The notes under the pieces are model-generated. The model ran no database searches. It saw only the letters and a program-made list of their open reading frames with translations, and was not told the DNA's origin. A program made the translations under genes and the position numbers. This document shows, one piece after another, positions 42,003 through 55,325 of a stretch of DNA of 64,000 nucleotides (the stretch's first letter is position 1; each line of letters begins with the position of its first letter). The DNA comes from Eledone cirrhosa (taxonomy: Eukaryota), in contig OZ024750.1 in the NCBI GenBank assembly GCA_964016885.1, positions 12,834,001 to 12,898,000 on the forward strand. The letters run 5' to 3'.

Positions 42003-43151
42003 TTTGGATTGGTGTAGCCTTCGAATAATATGCTACTTTATATACCAATGCAATGTTTCAAGCAAACTACAACATTCACTTATCTTTTTTTTATTTTTAT
42101 TTGGTTTTGTTTTTTCAGTAACTAAGCTTGGCGGTGTGGAATTAAGGATAGATGTGATTGTGTAATATGAGACGTGACATACACATACATCTCAAATGAT
42201 GCATTTAACAACACAACTATGTATGATCTAATGATAATTGTTGGAACACAGCAACATAAGTACAATAATTGTTTCTACCTTTTGCACAAGGCCAGCAATT
42301 ACCCAGTGCATTACTGGTACTTTATTTTATCGACCCCTGTAAGGATGAAAGGCAAAGTTAACCTCGGCGGGATTTGAACTCAGAATGGCAAGGGCCGTAA
42401 CTCTATGCATCAAAGCATGGCGTCCGACCCTCTACCGATACTGTCAATCCACAAGTACAATAATAACATTAAGAACATTTACTGAATGGCACCTAGTAAA
42501 GAAAGAGTTCAATATAAGATATATAGATTTAGGAATTATTTGTCAAGCTACCAAAACAGGAGAATCTAATTGACTAAAATAACTGCAACATAACACTTTT
42601 GCCTATCTGCAATAACATTTGTTATGTTATACAACCTGTACTACTTTTGATGTTAAACAATATTTACAATCTATGAGAAGAAGGAGGAGGAGGCTAGATT
42701 TTATCACATATAATCCTGTGGTGAATAAATCTTTATAGAGAATATCATTATCAAACAGTGCTTCAAATTTCAGCAGCTACTGTTACCTTGGGGAGGTGAA
42801 TGGCCTAGTGGTAAAGGTGTTGGACTTATGATCATAATGTCATGAGTTCGATTCCTGGGCTGGGTTGTGTGTTGCCTTCTTGAGCAAAGCACTTCATTTC
42901 ACGTTGCTCAAGTATACTCAGCTGAAAATGAGTACTAGCAATAGCTGGGGGTTTAACCCTGTAACCCTGTGATAGACTAGCAACCTGTCCAGGGGGTAGT
43001 CTTGTACTCTCACTTGATTCATGCCATGACACCGAGATAAGCACCAGCCTAAAGAGCCTTCTCGCTTGAGACAGACTTTAGATACTGTTACCTAATTTTA
43101 TTAACTCAAAAAAGTATTTTGATATGTGTGCAAAGCTAGATAATTTAATAT

Positions 43152-43821
<670 letters not shown>

Positions 43822-43830
<9 letters not shown>

Positions 43831-44741
43831 AATGAGACGTATAGAGATTGTTTTAGCAAGAAGCTAACGGCATTCTATAACATATATGCGACTATAACGT
43901 CAAGATGGGAAAAGTAGTTAACGAAAGATTTAGGAAAAATAACTCAAACTCATCTCAAAAGAGAATCAGGATACAAATTCATCCACAGAATTTAGTAAAA
44001 TCCATGGAAAAATCTATAGACCTTTAACTCATGATAAAACAAAGTTTGAAACACTTATCCTTCAATTTGGAATAACATCAAATGCTCTGTATAGTCTTAA
44101 AAGACTATTTCATGAAAACTTTCAGTGGAGATGGTCACGGTTGGAATATCATTCATCAGCAGAGCTCAACAGAAAACCAGGGCTCTCACAGTAATATAGT
44201 CCGAAAAAGGGAATTCTAAAACTGGCTAGTTCGCCTTCATGTGTATTTATGAAAAAGCACATGAGGAAAAAACGGGGCTAGTGACGTCAGGATGGAAGTG
44301 AATGTTTATTTACAAGAAATAGCAGTCAAATACATTCTGAAAAAAACTCTACAAGGAGTTCAGCAAAATAGCAATAATTATCACAGTTTTTATGAAAAAA
44401 ACCGGGATTAGTCACAGATAGTTTAAGCACTCTAGGAAAAGAATCCGAGTATAAATATAAATGAGACGTATAGAGATTGTTTTAGCAAGAAGCTAACGGC
44501 ATTCTATAACATATATGCGACTATAACGTCAAGATGGGAAAAGTAGTTAACGAAAGATTTAGGAAAAATAACTCAAACTCATCTCAAAAGAGAATCAGGA
44601 TACAAATTCATCCACAGAATTTAGTAAAATCCATGGAAAAATCTATAGACCTTTAACTCATGATAAAACAAAGTTTGAAACACTTATCCTTCAATTTGGA
44701 ATAACATCAAATGCTCTGTATAGTCTTAAAAGACTATTTCA
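43822..44741 (-). mobile_element. 629-bp unit plus ~290-bp partial tandem copy, carrying a hammerhead, inside a (TA)n tract (retrozyme or Penelope pseudo-LTR-like)
   Basis: atgagacgtatagagattg recurs at 43832 and 44461, and the copies match through ...agactatttca at 44741. Long TA tracts on both sides. No long ORF. Confidence 0.75.
44084..44165 (-). ncRNA. Type I hammerhead ribozyme, complete fold
   Basis: GCTCTG-CTGATGA-ATGA...TCAT-GAA-ATAGTCTT-TT-AAGACTAT-A-CAGAGC. Intact core, 6-bp stem I, 4-bp base of stem II, 7-8-bp stem III, AUA cleavage triplet. Confidence 0.85.
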
Positions 44742-44742
44742 T

Positions 44743-44919
<177 letters not shown>

Positions 44920-45164
44920 GATATATAATTTATTTCATTATGGTTGTGAAGTGAAACCAGTGATTTGAAGGCCAGGAGTTTGATGCCTTATGTACTTTCC
45001 TGGTTTTAAAAGTGCATCAGTGCATTAAGCATGAAGCTCCTGGCTCTTGAGTCACTAGTTATGGCTTTGTAGTTAGAATAAAATAAATTATACATCACTC
45101 CACTCATGTATTAAGTTTTGTTTCTCTCCTTTGTAAAGTCAAACCTATACACACACACACATAT

Positions 45165-45243
<79 letters not shown>

Positions 45244-45253
45244 TAACAGATTA

Positions 45254-45306
45254 AAGTTTAAGCAAAGAATCGCTGCTTTCACCCTTAACGGGATCTTCTG
45301 AAACTC
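45254..45306 (-). ncRNA. Hammerhead-like motif with core variant CAGAAGA
   Basis: GAGTTT-CAGAAGA-T-CCC-GTTAA-GGG-T-GAA-AGCA...TGCT-T-AAACTT. All three stems present, with a U4A substitution in the core. Confidence 0.5.
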
Positions 45307-45408
45307 TTATTATTTTAATAAATATTTGCTCTACGGTTCTTATATATTTGATATATATTTATCCTTATCGAGCCCTCTTTGGATTTTAGTCTTCAAATTT
45401 ATTATTAT

Positions 45409-45444
<36 letters not shown>

Positions 45445-45841
45445 TGGCTGCCAACTCGTTTTCGAGTACGGCCACTACTTTATATCCATGTAGGAGAACC
45501 CCTACCGATGCGCTGAACGAGTGTGACTTTTTTGTCCAGCCAGCGACTTGAAACCTCTGGTACAAACACTACACTTGTGACAATTATTGACACAGTGCTG
45601 GGCCCATGGTACCATGTGAGGACAAGTGCAGAGAGATCTCCAGATATAAAGCAATGCCTGTGCCGTGAAGCTTTTATAGTGAGCAAAGGCACTGCACAAA
45701 GCCAGTCCCACTCTCTTAACCAAGATGATATTTACCAAAAAGAAGAACAAGTCAACATCATTGGATACCATCAGGGTTGCAGGTGTTATATCAGAGTTTT
45801 CCTTCTCCTAGAATTCTGCCTTGACAAAGGCTAAGGGGTCA

Positions 45842-45885
<44 letters not shown>

Positions 45886-46189
45886 ATGCAAGGAGAACAT
45901 GTCTTGCTCAAGCTAAAATCAGTTCTGTATGAGCAAGTCAGTCACCTGACCGGACATTGCCCACAACAGGACAACCCATCTAACCCATGCTAGCGTGGAA
46001 GAATGGATGTAAAATGGTGATGATGATGATACATATGTATATATATATATAAGCAGAAGGGATATTCAATTTGTTGGTAATCCAACAAATATAAATGTTT
46101 ATAACTGATTCAGAGCACTCGACAGGTTTTCTGGAGTATAATATTCAATGATATTAAATAAATGGAAACTAAATTTATAAAACCATATT

Positions 46190-46250
46190 TATTCTATTAT
46201 ATATATTTCAAGGGTACCAAAACTTTGGTACGCTATCATCAGATAAAATA
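46190..46250 (-). ncRNA. Minimal type I hammerhead ribozyme motif, same family as 2352-2407
   Basis: TATTTTAT-CTGATGA-TAGC-GTACCAAA-GT-TTTGGTAC-CCTT-GAA-ATATATAT-A-ATAGAATA. The stem I change relative to the other copy is a tolerated G-U pair. Confidence 0.7.
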
Positions 46251-46539
46251 CGAAGTGTGTTTTATAAATTTTGACATAATCAAGGAAAATATACCTTAAC
46301 GGTTCAAGTTTTCCTTGGAAAACTTGAACCGTTAAGGTATATTTTCATGGAAGCTCTGATAGAAAACATTATTTTAACAAAATGATATGCAATTCAATAA
46401 AAAAATATATATAGATATATACAATGTAAAAAAATTCCTTTGAGCAATATTATATCATTCAATAAAAACAAACTTTCTTGCAACAAGTAAAATATAGAAA
46501 ACAACAAAAAATAATATAAGATAATAATAATAAATAATA

Positions 46540-46990
46540 ATGAAATTATTGTGTACAGTGCTCAGGTGCACTACAACTCATCAAAGGTGCATGCATAGTA
46601 CATAGAATAATGTACAAATGTCAGGAAAATGAACAGTGTATGAGTCATGATATAATAACAATAACAATAATGAAATATTGTGTACAGTGCCCAGGTGCAC
46701 CACAACTCATCAAAAAAGTGCATGTACAGTACATAGGGCAATGCACAAACATCAGTAAAATGAAAAGTGCACGAGTCATGATACACACATGTGTGCATGT
46801 GTATGGAAGGGGTACATCAGGTGTAGTTTTGGCGTATTTCGGGAAGCATGAGTGTCTTAAAGGATGCAGTGTCTCGGCAGCTAACAATTGACGCAGGCAG
46901 TTTGTTCCATGCTTAAACATTCTATTGAAATAAACTTATGCAAGCTTTTTTGGAAAATCGCCTCGTCTTGTCTCCATGAGTTAACTCCCT
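46540..46990 (-). mobile_element. LINE-like 3' end with a duplicated ~130-bp terminal module; related module at ~41225-41345
   Basis: ttgtgtacagtgc.caggtgcac.acaactcatcaaa at ~46550, ~46678 and ~41241. Confidence 0.55.
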
Positions 46991-47844
46991 GCATTTCCCT
47001 TGTGAATGTGGTTTTAGCCTTTCAGAAATAACGCTATATCTCAAATATACAAGACAGCGCCATGTTGGCTAAGGGATTGCTCCCACAAACAAGGCTTGGA
47101 ATTATCTCATTCATCAAATAATCACATTATTCATACAGAGCGACGCACACGCGGTTCTAAGTGTTTCTAAACGGAAAAATTATTCCAGTTTTACAAACAT
47201 TTACGAAGCATATTAACACTATAGGTCACTACTATTTGATATTAGCGTGGCATTGTATTATTTATTTAGTATATATTATATTTTGGGTGTTTCTTTTTCT
47301 TGGAGATAATTATTATATCTCGTATCGCCTTTGTGATAATTTTCCCAATTCATTGTACCAGTATGTAGAACAAGGGAAAATACTCCATATAAAATGTTAT
47401 GATGAATATGTTGCAATTAAGGGAGGTAACTATGAAAATGATTGACAAAAAAATATGAAATTTAAATAAATGCGAGTCGTGTATGTTATAAAGGCAATGT
47501 ATAGAATAAATAACACTGATAATTAGAGAGGGGGGGGGGGGGGGGGGGGTTCAATTGATAAATAATTAAAGACTGTTTCCTTTTCCTGCCGGTCACCGTC
47601 GAGACTTCAGACTGCCATTTATCTCCGTTCTTAGTAATTGAGTTGATAGCTGAGTGGTGAGGTGGGGGGAGGAGGTATAAAGGGAATCTACATCTAAGCT
47701 AAACAGGTATCTATTTTGTCTAAGTGTGGGTGGGAGTTAAGGTGTTTTAGTCTGTTGATTACTTCCTTGAAAAAAAATACATTTTCCCATTTTCTTTCTT
47801 TACTTACTCTTTTCAATCTTTTTAATTCCTCTATCTTTCGTTCT

Positions 47845-47882
47845 ATACTCTGATGAAGGAGTAAGGTCCGAAACGTTAAGAC
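47845..47882 (+). ncRNA. Minimal (Penelope-type) hammerhead-like motif with weak stem I
   Basis: CTGATGA-A-GGA-GTAAGG-TCC-GAA-ACGT-TA, with a palindromic ACGT stem III. Confidence 0.45.
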
Positions 47883-48070
47883 GCTTTTTCTACTATATCA
47901 AACATTATTGTACTGTATTGTTTTCCCATATTGCTCTTCCTTGTTGACATTACAAATTCGATATCAAATCTGACTTCATTCATCTCACAATTATTCATTT
48001 CATTACATAATACAAGAACGGAACACATTAATATTATTGTTTTATTTGGGAGGAAAAGAAAATTACTTAC

Positions 48071-48188
48071 CAAGTAATTACTGGTTCTGGTTTACCCATG
48101 ATGATGCACTTTAGGTGAACAGAAGAACCTTCACAACCAGTCATATCATATAATGGTTCCACAACCTCTGGAGCACATTCTGGCATTT
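48071..48188 (-). CDS. Post-kinase Ig1, N-terminal half
   Basis: Phase 1-2. Encodes MPECAPEVVEPLYDMTGCEGSSVHLKCIIMGKPEPVITW. Confidence 0.92.
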
Positions 48189-48243
48189 CTATAAATAAAT
48201 ATAAGACTTTATTGAGGACAATCTGATCAACATAAAATTAATT

Positions 48244-48608
48244 ATATGTGATTGCAATGGATGATGATTGATGAGTGACGAAGTGCCAGGAAATCCCAGT
48301 AAAAGGAAGCCACAATGGAGGTAGACCAAGGAAGACCTGGGCAGAGAGAAGACTGTGTTGGTACGGACATGTGATTTGCATGGATGATGATTGATGAGTG
48401 ACGAAGTGCCAGGAAATCCCAGTGAAAGGAAGTTGCAGTAGAGGAAGACCAAGGAAGACCTGGGCAGAGGTGGTGAGAGCTGACCTCAAATTACTGAGAC
48501 TTACAGAAGAGATGATGAAGGAATGAGACAAGTGGAGAGATGCTGAGATAAACTAATCCAACCCATGCAGGCATGGAAAGGTGGACGTAAAAACGATGAT
48601 GATGATGA
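48244..48608 (+). mobile_element. RTE LINE 3' fragment with an internal ~125-bp duplication
   Basis: Two copies of tggatgatgattgatgagtgacgaagtgccaggaaatcccagt, then a (TGA)n tail. Confidence 0.8.
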
Positions 48609-48746
48609 TAAGAAGAAAATAAATGAAGAAAATACATATCAAGATGAAGAAAGAAAAAAAACTATAAGATTTTGTGTGTGATTGTGTGTATATATGTTTG
48701 GTTGTATGTATGTTTAAATGTGTGGTTGTATGTGTGTGTGTGTGTG

Positions 48747-48816
<70 letters not shown>

Positions 48817-49289
48817 ATTGACATGTGTGCAAAGAAAATGTTATCAAGTTTATATTAGAAAGTTAGAATCATTATTTTGAGAAAATAACTTACAACCAGT
48901 TTAATGTTTACTGTATTGATCTAAAACTAGAGACAATACCAGTTCAATGTTTACAGCTGGTTGATGAATTGATTTTGAATATATGAAAAATATTTTATGA
49001 AATAAATAAATATCTTAAATCTGTTATGAAAATAAAAAAAAATCTGCAGAAACAATATATGTGTATGGGGTATATGATTGATATGCTAGAAGTAACAGGA
49101 TCAGTGATATCACATGAGCAGAAGGGCAAAACGAGAGAGTTTCTTTATGGGAATGTCATGGGAGGTGAAATTTGTCTGTGAGATCCTGAAAAATCAGGGG
49201 TTTCTAGCTCTTGTGTGACATAATGGCTCCTGTAAGTAACTGCTGGTATATCACTCATAAGCCTAGAATATGTTTAGAATTTATCTTAC

Positions 49290-49392
49290 CCATAACTAAT
49301 TCTCTTGGCAAAACACCATAGTCACCCTCACGTCTAAAGAAAGCACTCTCATAGGCAAGACAGCCGATTGGAAGAAGATCAAAATCTTTGTC
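49290..49392 (-). CDS. Kinase C-terminal regulatory tail exon
   Basis: Phase 0-1. DKDFDLLPIGCLAYESAFFRREGDYGVLPRELVM resembles the PIGR-x-A segment of twitchin autoinhibitory tails. Confidence 0.88.
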
Positions 49393-49669
49393 CTAAGAAA
49401 TCACATAAAAACAAGAGAACAATAAAATATATTATAATCAGTTGTAATAACTTATAAATAGATAATTTAGAATAAATAGTTAGCTAGTTACATAGTTTCA
49501 TTTGATTTATAATAAACTATAAGTTGACTTATGAAAGTATGCGGCTTAGTGGTTAGAGAAATGGATTCGCAATTGTGAGGTTGCGAGTTCAATAACTGGA
49601 CCAGGTGATGTGTTATGTACTTGAAATAGCACTAGCACAAGACCAGTACTTCCTTTATCAACCCTTAAA

Positions 49670-49995
49670 TGTAGGAGAGATAGTACGACATATTGTCTAT
49701 AAATATGTTATCGTCTGTTCTATGTAGGAGAGACAGTAGGTCACACATTGTTATCAAATATATCATCTACAATTCTATGTAGGATAGTACAACACATTGT
49801 CTATAAAGATATCATCTACTATTCTATATAAAGGAGATAGTACCACACATTTTTTACTGTTCTATGTAGGAGAGATAGTACCAGACACTCTCTATAAATA
49901 TTTTATCTATTGTTCTATGTAGCATAGACAGTACCACACACTGTCTACAAATATATCATTTTCTGTTCTATGTAGGAGAAATAGTATCACATATT
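49670..49995. repeat. Degenerate ~58-bp tandem repeat
   Basis: Recurring ttctatgtaggagagatagtacc.cacattgtctataaat. Confidence 0.75.
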
Positions 49996-50084
49996 ATAAT
50001 GGCAGTTGTAAAATAGAACATTTTTACAATAAATTTTAATCATTATTTTTTAAATCTCTTCACAAGCAATAAAAACAAAATTAC

Positions 50085-50165
50085 TTTATTTCTGGTTCTT
50101 TCTAAATATTCTTTATGGTTGTCTGTTGGTAATTCAGTTTTCTTCATAATTTGTTGATAACTTCC
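50085..50165 (-). CDS. Kinase C-terminal regulatory tail exon
   Basis: Phase 0-0. Encodes GSYQQIMKKTELPTDNHKEYLERTRNK. Confidence 0.85.
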
Positions 50166-50916
50166 CTGAATAACAGAAAATATAATTGAAGAATTTAAAT
50201 GTGTCATAATATTAGTTTTAAGAAAATGTTATGATATGTTTGTAGATCACTCTTCTTGTTAATATTCTGATTAATCTGATATACAGGCTTCATTAACTCT
50301 GCTTGTAATTAGATTTATAAGAGTCACTCATTTCAATGGATTTATGATTTTGGAAGGAATGAATCATCCAATGATGTTGACAAGTTCTCATTTTTGGGTA
50401 GTGTTTTCGATGCTCAGAGAGTGGGATTGGTCAAGGTCAAGGCTTTTCCCCACTTAAAACACCTTCAAAGCACAGGCATTGCTTGTTCAGGATCTGTATA
50501 TATATATATTGGTGATCAGCTCCACCTTTCATTATTAATTTAGTATAAAAAAATGAAAGATGTTTCTGTTTCAAAATATCAAAATGTATAGTAAATATAT
50601 TTTGATTCAATTTTCATTATCGTGTTTTGCTGGACAGATTTTACAGGCAAAAGCAACTGGCAGGAGACCCAGGGGTAGACCCCAAGCAAGATAATTGGAT
50701 AAGATCTATGAACTCAGCTCGTCTTGCTTGGGGGTCCAGCTAGATCAATTGGAGATAGTTGCTTCTGAAAGGACCAGCTTGGAGAAGTGTTTGAGAACTC
50801 TGCCTCCATGACCATTTCAGAAATTAGGGGGTGAAGAAAGATAAGAAGTGTTTTGAAAAATCATAATCTTGAATTTGATAACTAGAAACAAAAAAAAGTA
50901 GGCATGAAGTACTTAC

Positions 50917-50949
50917 ACCCATTTGGTCCACTTGAAGTTTTTTCTGGGG
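50917..50949 (-). CDS. 33-nt micro-exon just after the kinase
   Basis: ttttcag|CCC...GGT|gtaagt with strong splice sites, phase 0-0. Encodes PQKKLQVDQMG. Confidence 0.65.
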
Positions 50950-51142
50950 CTGAAAATTATCAGAATATTATCAGTATGACTTTAAACAAACTATATATGA
51001 TTGTTAACTGTCAAAAAATTGAATTTAGCAAATTTTTCCTCAGATGTTTTTTTTTTTTAATTTCTTAATATTAAATTTATTAAAGTGAAACAACTTTTTT
51101 CAAAGTTAAGCTTTAAAATAATAAGAAATTGTTTTTACTTAC

Positions 51143-51188
51143 ATTTAACCAAGGGTGGTTTAAGGCCTCATCAATATTCATTCTATCT
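51143..51188 (-). CDS. Kinase exon, end of subdomain XI
   Basis: Phase 2-0. Encodes (R)DRMNIDEALNHPWLN. Confidence 0.95.
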
Positions 51189-51886
51189 CTGATATAAAGA
51201 AGAAAAATATCAAGAATAAAGTTTTTCTGTGATTACAGAAACATATTTTCCTAATTTCATTGTTTTCAATATAAAAGTCAAAGAGATTTTGTAGTGAGAT
51301 AATGTTCCATGAAAGTAGAAATTTAGCTGAGGCTTCTTTTGATATCGACTTAAATTATTGTTTTATCTGTTATTAGAGATCTTGTATACTTGAGTATAAG
51401 ATTATGTATGAACCACCAACTCTAATATCTACTGACCTATCAGTTCTCTAATGTCATATTCTTGAGTATAAGAGTATGTATGAACCACCAACTCCACTAA
51501 CTTCAGACTTAGCAGTCTATCGTTTTCTAATATCTTACTCTTGAGTATAGAAATATTGCAGTGAAGTATTATATCAACACTTTGCTACTACTACTACTAT
51601 TACTACCACAACCAGAGAAATATCGGTTCTACTGGGAGCAACTCTCTGATCTCTGAGCTATGCACTCTATCAAACAAAGACCCTTCAGAAGAAACCCATT
51701 TTGCTGCTTGTATTTGCGATCATATTCTTTTATTCATTACCCAAGATTCGTAACACATCACCATTAAATATAAATTTCTTTACATTGAATTGATATATTT
51801 AAGGTGGTTAAATCTATCATGTCTAGAGTGTTGTATTAGGAATAGAAAAAGAAGAAAAAACACTAAAATGATTGAGTGTTGGTTAC

Positions 51887-52039
51887 CTTTTGTCTTTGAC
51901 TAGCAGGTTTTCTATAAAATCTTTGGCTAATTCAGATACATTTTCCCAGGCTTCATCATCAAAATCATAATCTATATTATTGATGTAAGAAAATGTTTCT
52001 TGGTCATCATCTCCAGCAAAAGGAGAATAACCACTTAAA
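51887..52039 (-). CDS. Kinase exon, subdomains IX-XI
   Basis: Phase 2-2. Encodes LSGYSPFAGDDDQETFSYINNIDYDFDDEAWENVSELAKDFIENLLVKDK. Confidence 0.97.
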
Positions 52040-52834
52040 CTAGAGAAAAATACAAAAAAAAAACAAATTAAATATATTTAATAAACATTAATAAAAATAA
52101 AACATGAGGCATTATAACTATTCATAACAAGTCAACAAGGGAACCTCTAAACAGTGGTTTGGTTTGTTAGAAATAGCAACAAAATTTTCTTTACTTTAGA
52201 CCTCACCACCTTGAAAAAGGTGAACACATTCAATGAGCATTTTTATCTGCTCTGTCTCATAATGAACACTCTCAGTGTACTCAGAGAATGATTCATATTT
52301 AACTTTCTTACAATATCTACTGAGTACAATTTTGGAATCGGTAGTTGTCCTCTAATAACATGTCTTCCATACAAAATCTATGGTAAGATAAATAGATAAG
52401 ATTGTTTGCCCGCCCATTTGACCATTTCTCTATCCATTTACTATTCACCCATTCATCTACCTATCAATGGTAGAAACCTTACACCCAAGTGTGTTCAGTA
52501 AAAAGCTGAACATTACTCATACCACAAGCAGGTGTAAAGTTAGTGTAAAGCAGACTAGTTCCAAGACTTTGACAAAAATAGAATTCATAAGATACACATA
52601 TTTTTCAAATGCTGATTTGCAAGAGACTACAGAATATGACTTTAAAAAACTTTGACTGAATATTGAAGAATCTTATATTAAAAAAAGAATCTTTAATAAT
52701 ATGAATAAACTTATTTTAAAACATAAACTGACATTTGACTTTTGGAATTGATAAATATTTCTGAATAAATAACATTTTGTTTTTTGGAAATAAAAAAATA
52801 AGAGGAAAAGAATATTTTAATAATTTCAACTTAC

Positions 52835-53034
52835 AGTACATAGGTAACAACACCTAATGACCACATATCACTGCTGAAAGAAACAGGCTCATAGTTAATG
52901 ATCTCCGGAGAACAGAATTCAGCAGTACCAAACAGTACTTTAATTGATTTTCCATCCTCAATTTTCTGTGCCAAGCCAAAGTCGATCAGTTTAATGGCAG
53001 TGCTGTCTTTTGTGACACACATGACATTTTCAGG
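52835..53034 (-). CDS. Kinase exon, subdomains VIb-IX
   Basis: Phase 0-2. Encodes PENVMCVTKDSTAIKLIDFGLAQKIEDGKSIKVLFGTAEFCSPEIINYEPVSFSSDMWSLGVVTYV. Confidence 0.97.
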
Positions 53035-53149
53035 CTGAAATAGTCCAAGAATGAGAAGAAATAAAATCAGTAAGTTTTAAAAATTAATCTCTACATCAGA
53101 TGGTTAAACATCTTTTTCTCTAAAGCTTTTTAAAACTAAAATTACTTAC

Positions 53150-53291
53150 TTTTAAATCAAGATGTATTATATTTTTATGGTGCATGTGTTGAACACCTTG
53201 GCAAATCTGGCGCATATAAATAATGCAATCTTCTTCTGTGAATGTATAGTCATTTGAGATAAGGCGATCAAACAGTTCCCCACCACTAAGG
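53150..53291 (-). CDS. Kinase exon, subdomains V-VIb
   Basis: Phase 2-0. Encodes LSGGELFDRLISNDYTFTEEDCIIYMRQICQGVQHMHHKNIIHLDLK. Confidence 0.97.
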
Positions 53292-53617
53292 CTGGAAATA
53301 AAAATACATTTTGGATAGTAAAAATTTGTGAGAAAGTCATGTAAATTAAATACTATGGGTAACAGGCATTGTATATAATTGTTTATACTTTTGGCACAAG
53401 GCCAGCAATTACCCAGTGCATTACTGGTACTTTATTTTATTGACCCTGTAAGGATGAAAAGCAAAGTTAACCTCGTAAAGGGCCATAACTATGCTGCTCT
53501 ACCGATACTGCCAATCCAAGGGCCATTGTATATATATGACTTAAAGTTTATGTCACAAGGCTTTATACAAATTATATTACAATTATTAACTTTAGTAAAT
53601 ATTTTGAAGGTACTTAC

Positions 53618-53818
53618 AATTCAAGAATCATGACAACTTCACCTGGCTGATCAAAAGCTTCATGAAGCTGCAGAAGTTTGCGATGATGTAAGTTATTCAT
53701 AATATTTATCTCATGTTGAACAGCTTCTTTCTCCTGTGTCCTACATTTTATAAACTTTGCTGCCCATGTTTTACCTGTGGCTCTCTCAACAGCTCGGTGT
53801 ACAACACCAAATGCACCT
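53618..53818 (-). CDS. Kinase exon, subdomains I-V
   Basis: Phase 2-2. Encodes GAFGVVHRAVERATGKTWAAKFIKCRTQEKEAVQHEINIMNNLHHRKLLQLHEAFDQPGEVVMILE. Confidence 0.97.
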
Positions 53819-54563
53819 CTGGAAGTAAAAATAAATCAATAATTGTTACTACTTTTAGCACAAGGCCAGCAATTTAAAGGGAAAGACAAAGTCGATTAAA
53901 TAAACCCCAGTGCATTACTGGTACTTTATTTTATCGAGTCTGTAAGGATGGAAGGTAAAGCTATCCTTGGTGGGATTTGAACTCAGAATATAAAGGGACA
54001 TAACTCTATGCTGCAAAGCATGTTGTCCAACACTCTACTGATACTACCAATCCACTAATAATTGTTTCTACTTTTGGCACAAGGCCAGCAATTATCCCAG
54101 AGCATTACTGGTACTTTATTTTATCAACCCCATAAGGATGAGAGGCAAAGTTAACCTCGGCAGGATTTTAACTCAGAACGTAAAGGGCCATAACTCTACG
54201 CTGTAAAGCATGGTGTCTGACGCTCTACTGATGCTGCCAATTCACAATGATAATATAAGTCTATATTTATGTTGACATAAACATGACTGAAAGGAGAAGT
54301 AGCTGAAGACATCATAGATTCTAACTGGAGGTATCAGCTAGCAAACTAATCTCTCCAACAGATTTTCCCATAAGTAATAAAGACTTTCTATCACAATGGA
54401 AAACTTTGTCTTGGTTGTTGTACACTCTGATGACTGACAATTAAAAATAGTATTGTCTTCTAGGATTCTATAGAGAAAATCTTATAATTTTGACATAAAA
54501 CCAATTTCAAGAAACTTGCTACTAAATTGGCAAGTGAGAAATCAATATGAAAATGATACTTAC

Positions 54564-54654
54564 CGGCCTAGTTCTTCATAAATAATATATTTACTGAGGA
54601 CATCGCCTCTGATGCGATCACTGTCATCTGATTTATTTTTGTCATTGATATCAG
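54564..54654 (-). CDS. Giant kinase exon (linker and kinase start)
   Basis: Phase 1-2. Encodes DINDKNKSDDSDRIRGDVLSKYIIYEELGR. Confidence 0.93.
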
Positions 54655-55325
54655 CTAAATATAAAACAAAAACATACATTGGAATATAGAAATATAAGAC
54701 AAGAGAAATTTGACGTTTTTCAAAATAACAATATTAAATGACAAACTCTTTATGTAGCTGGTAACAAATTATTTACTATGTTTATTGAAGTGGCATGATT
54801 AAAGCTATGAATATACCGATGAATAATATGAATGATATAACTACATTTTTTAAGAATGAACCAAGAAGTTTGATTGTTTTAGAGGAGAAAAAATATGGAG
54901 ATTTGTTGTTTGTGTATTTTGTGAACGCATGAATAATGTAAGGGAAATAAAAACTGGAGATATTTGTGACAACAACACTGGCAGCAGTTTATTGGATATA
55001 TTCTATCTAGTTCCATTGTTATAAGCTGATCTTTTCATCTAAATTTAAAATTAAATCTAAGATATCAATCTACTTCGTATAGTCCTATATCACTAAATAT
55101 TTCATGTAACACCACCTTCTTTTGACAGGCTTCCACAGAGTTTCTGTCTATAAATTTCACTCACAAAGCTTAGATTTACCTTAATCTAGGGTAGAAGATA
55201 TGTGGTCAAGGTGCTGCACAGGAAGATTAAACCCCAATTATTTAAACATCAAAAGAATATATAGAATAATGAACCTGAAAAGAACAACAAGATTAAAAAG
55301 TTGAAGAAAATGTCAAATTTCTTAC

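Noticed and set aside
45443-45842. GC-richer TA-flanked insert with ~100-aa ORFs as a nested gene
   Set aside because: No recognisable domain or splice structure. More likely an unclassified repeat fragment.
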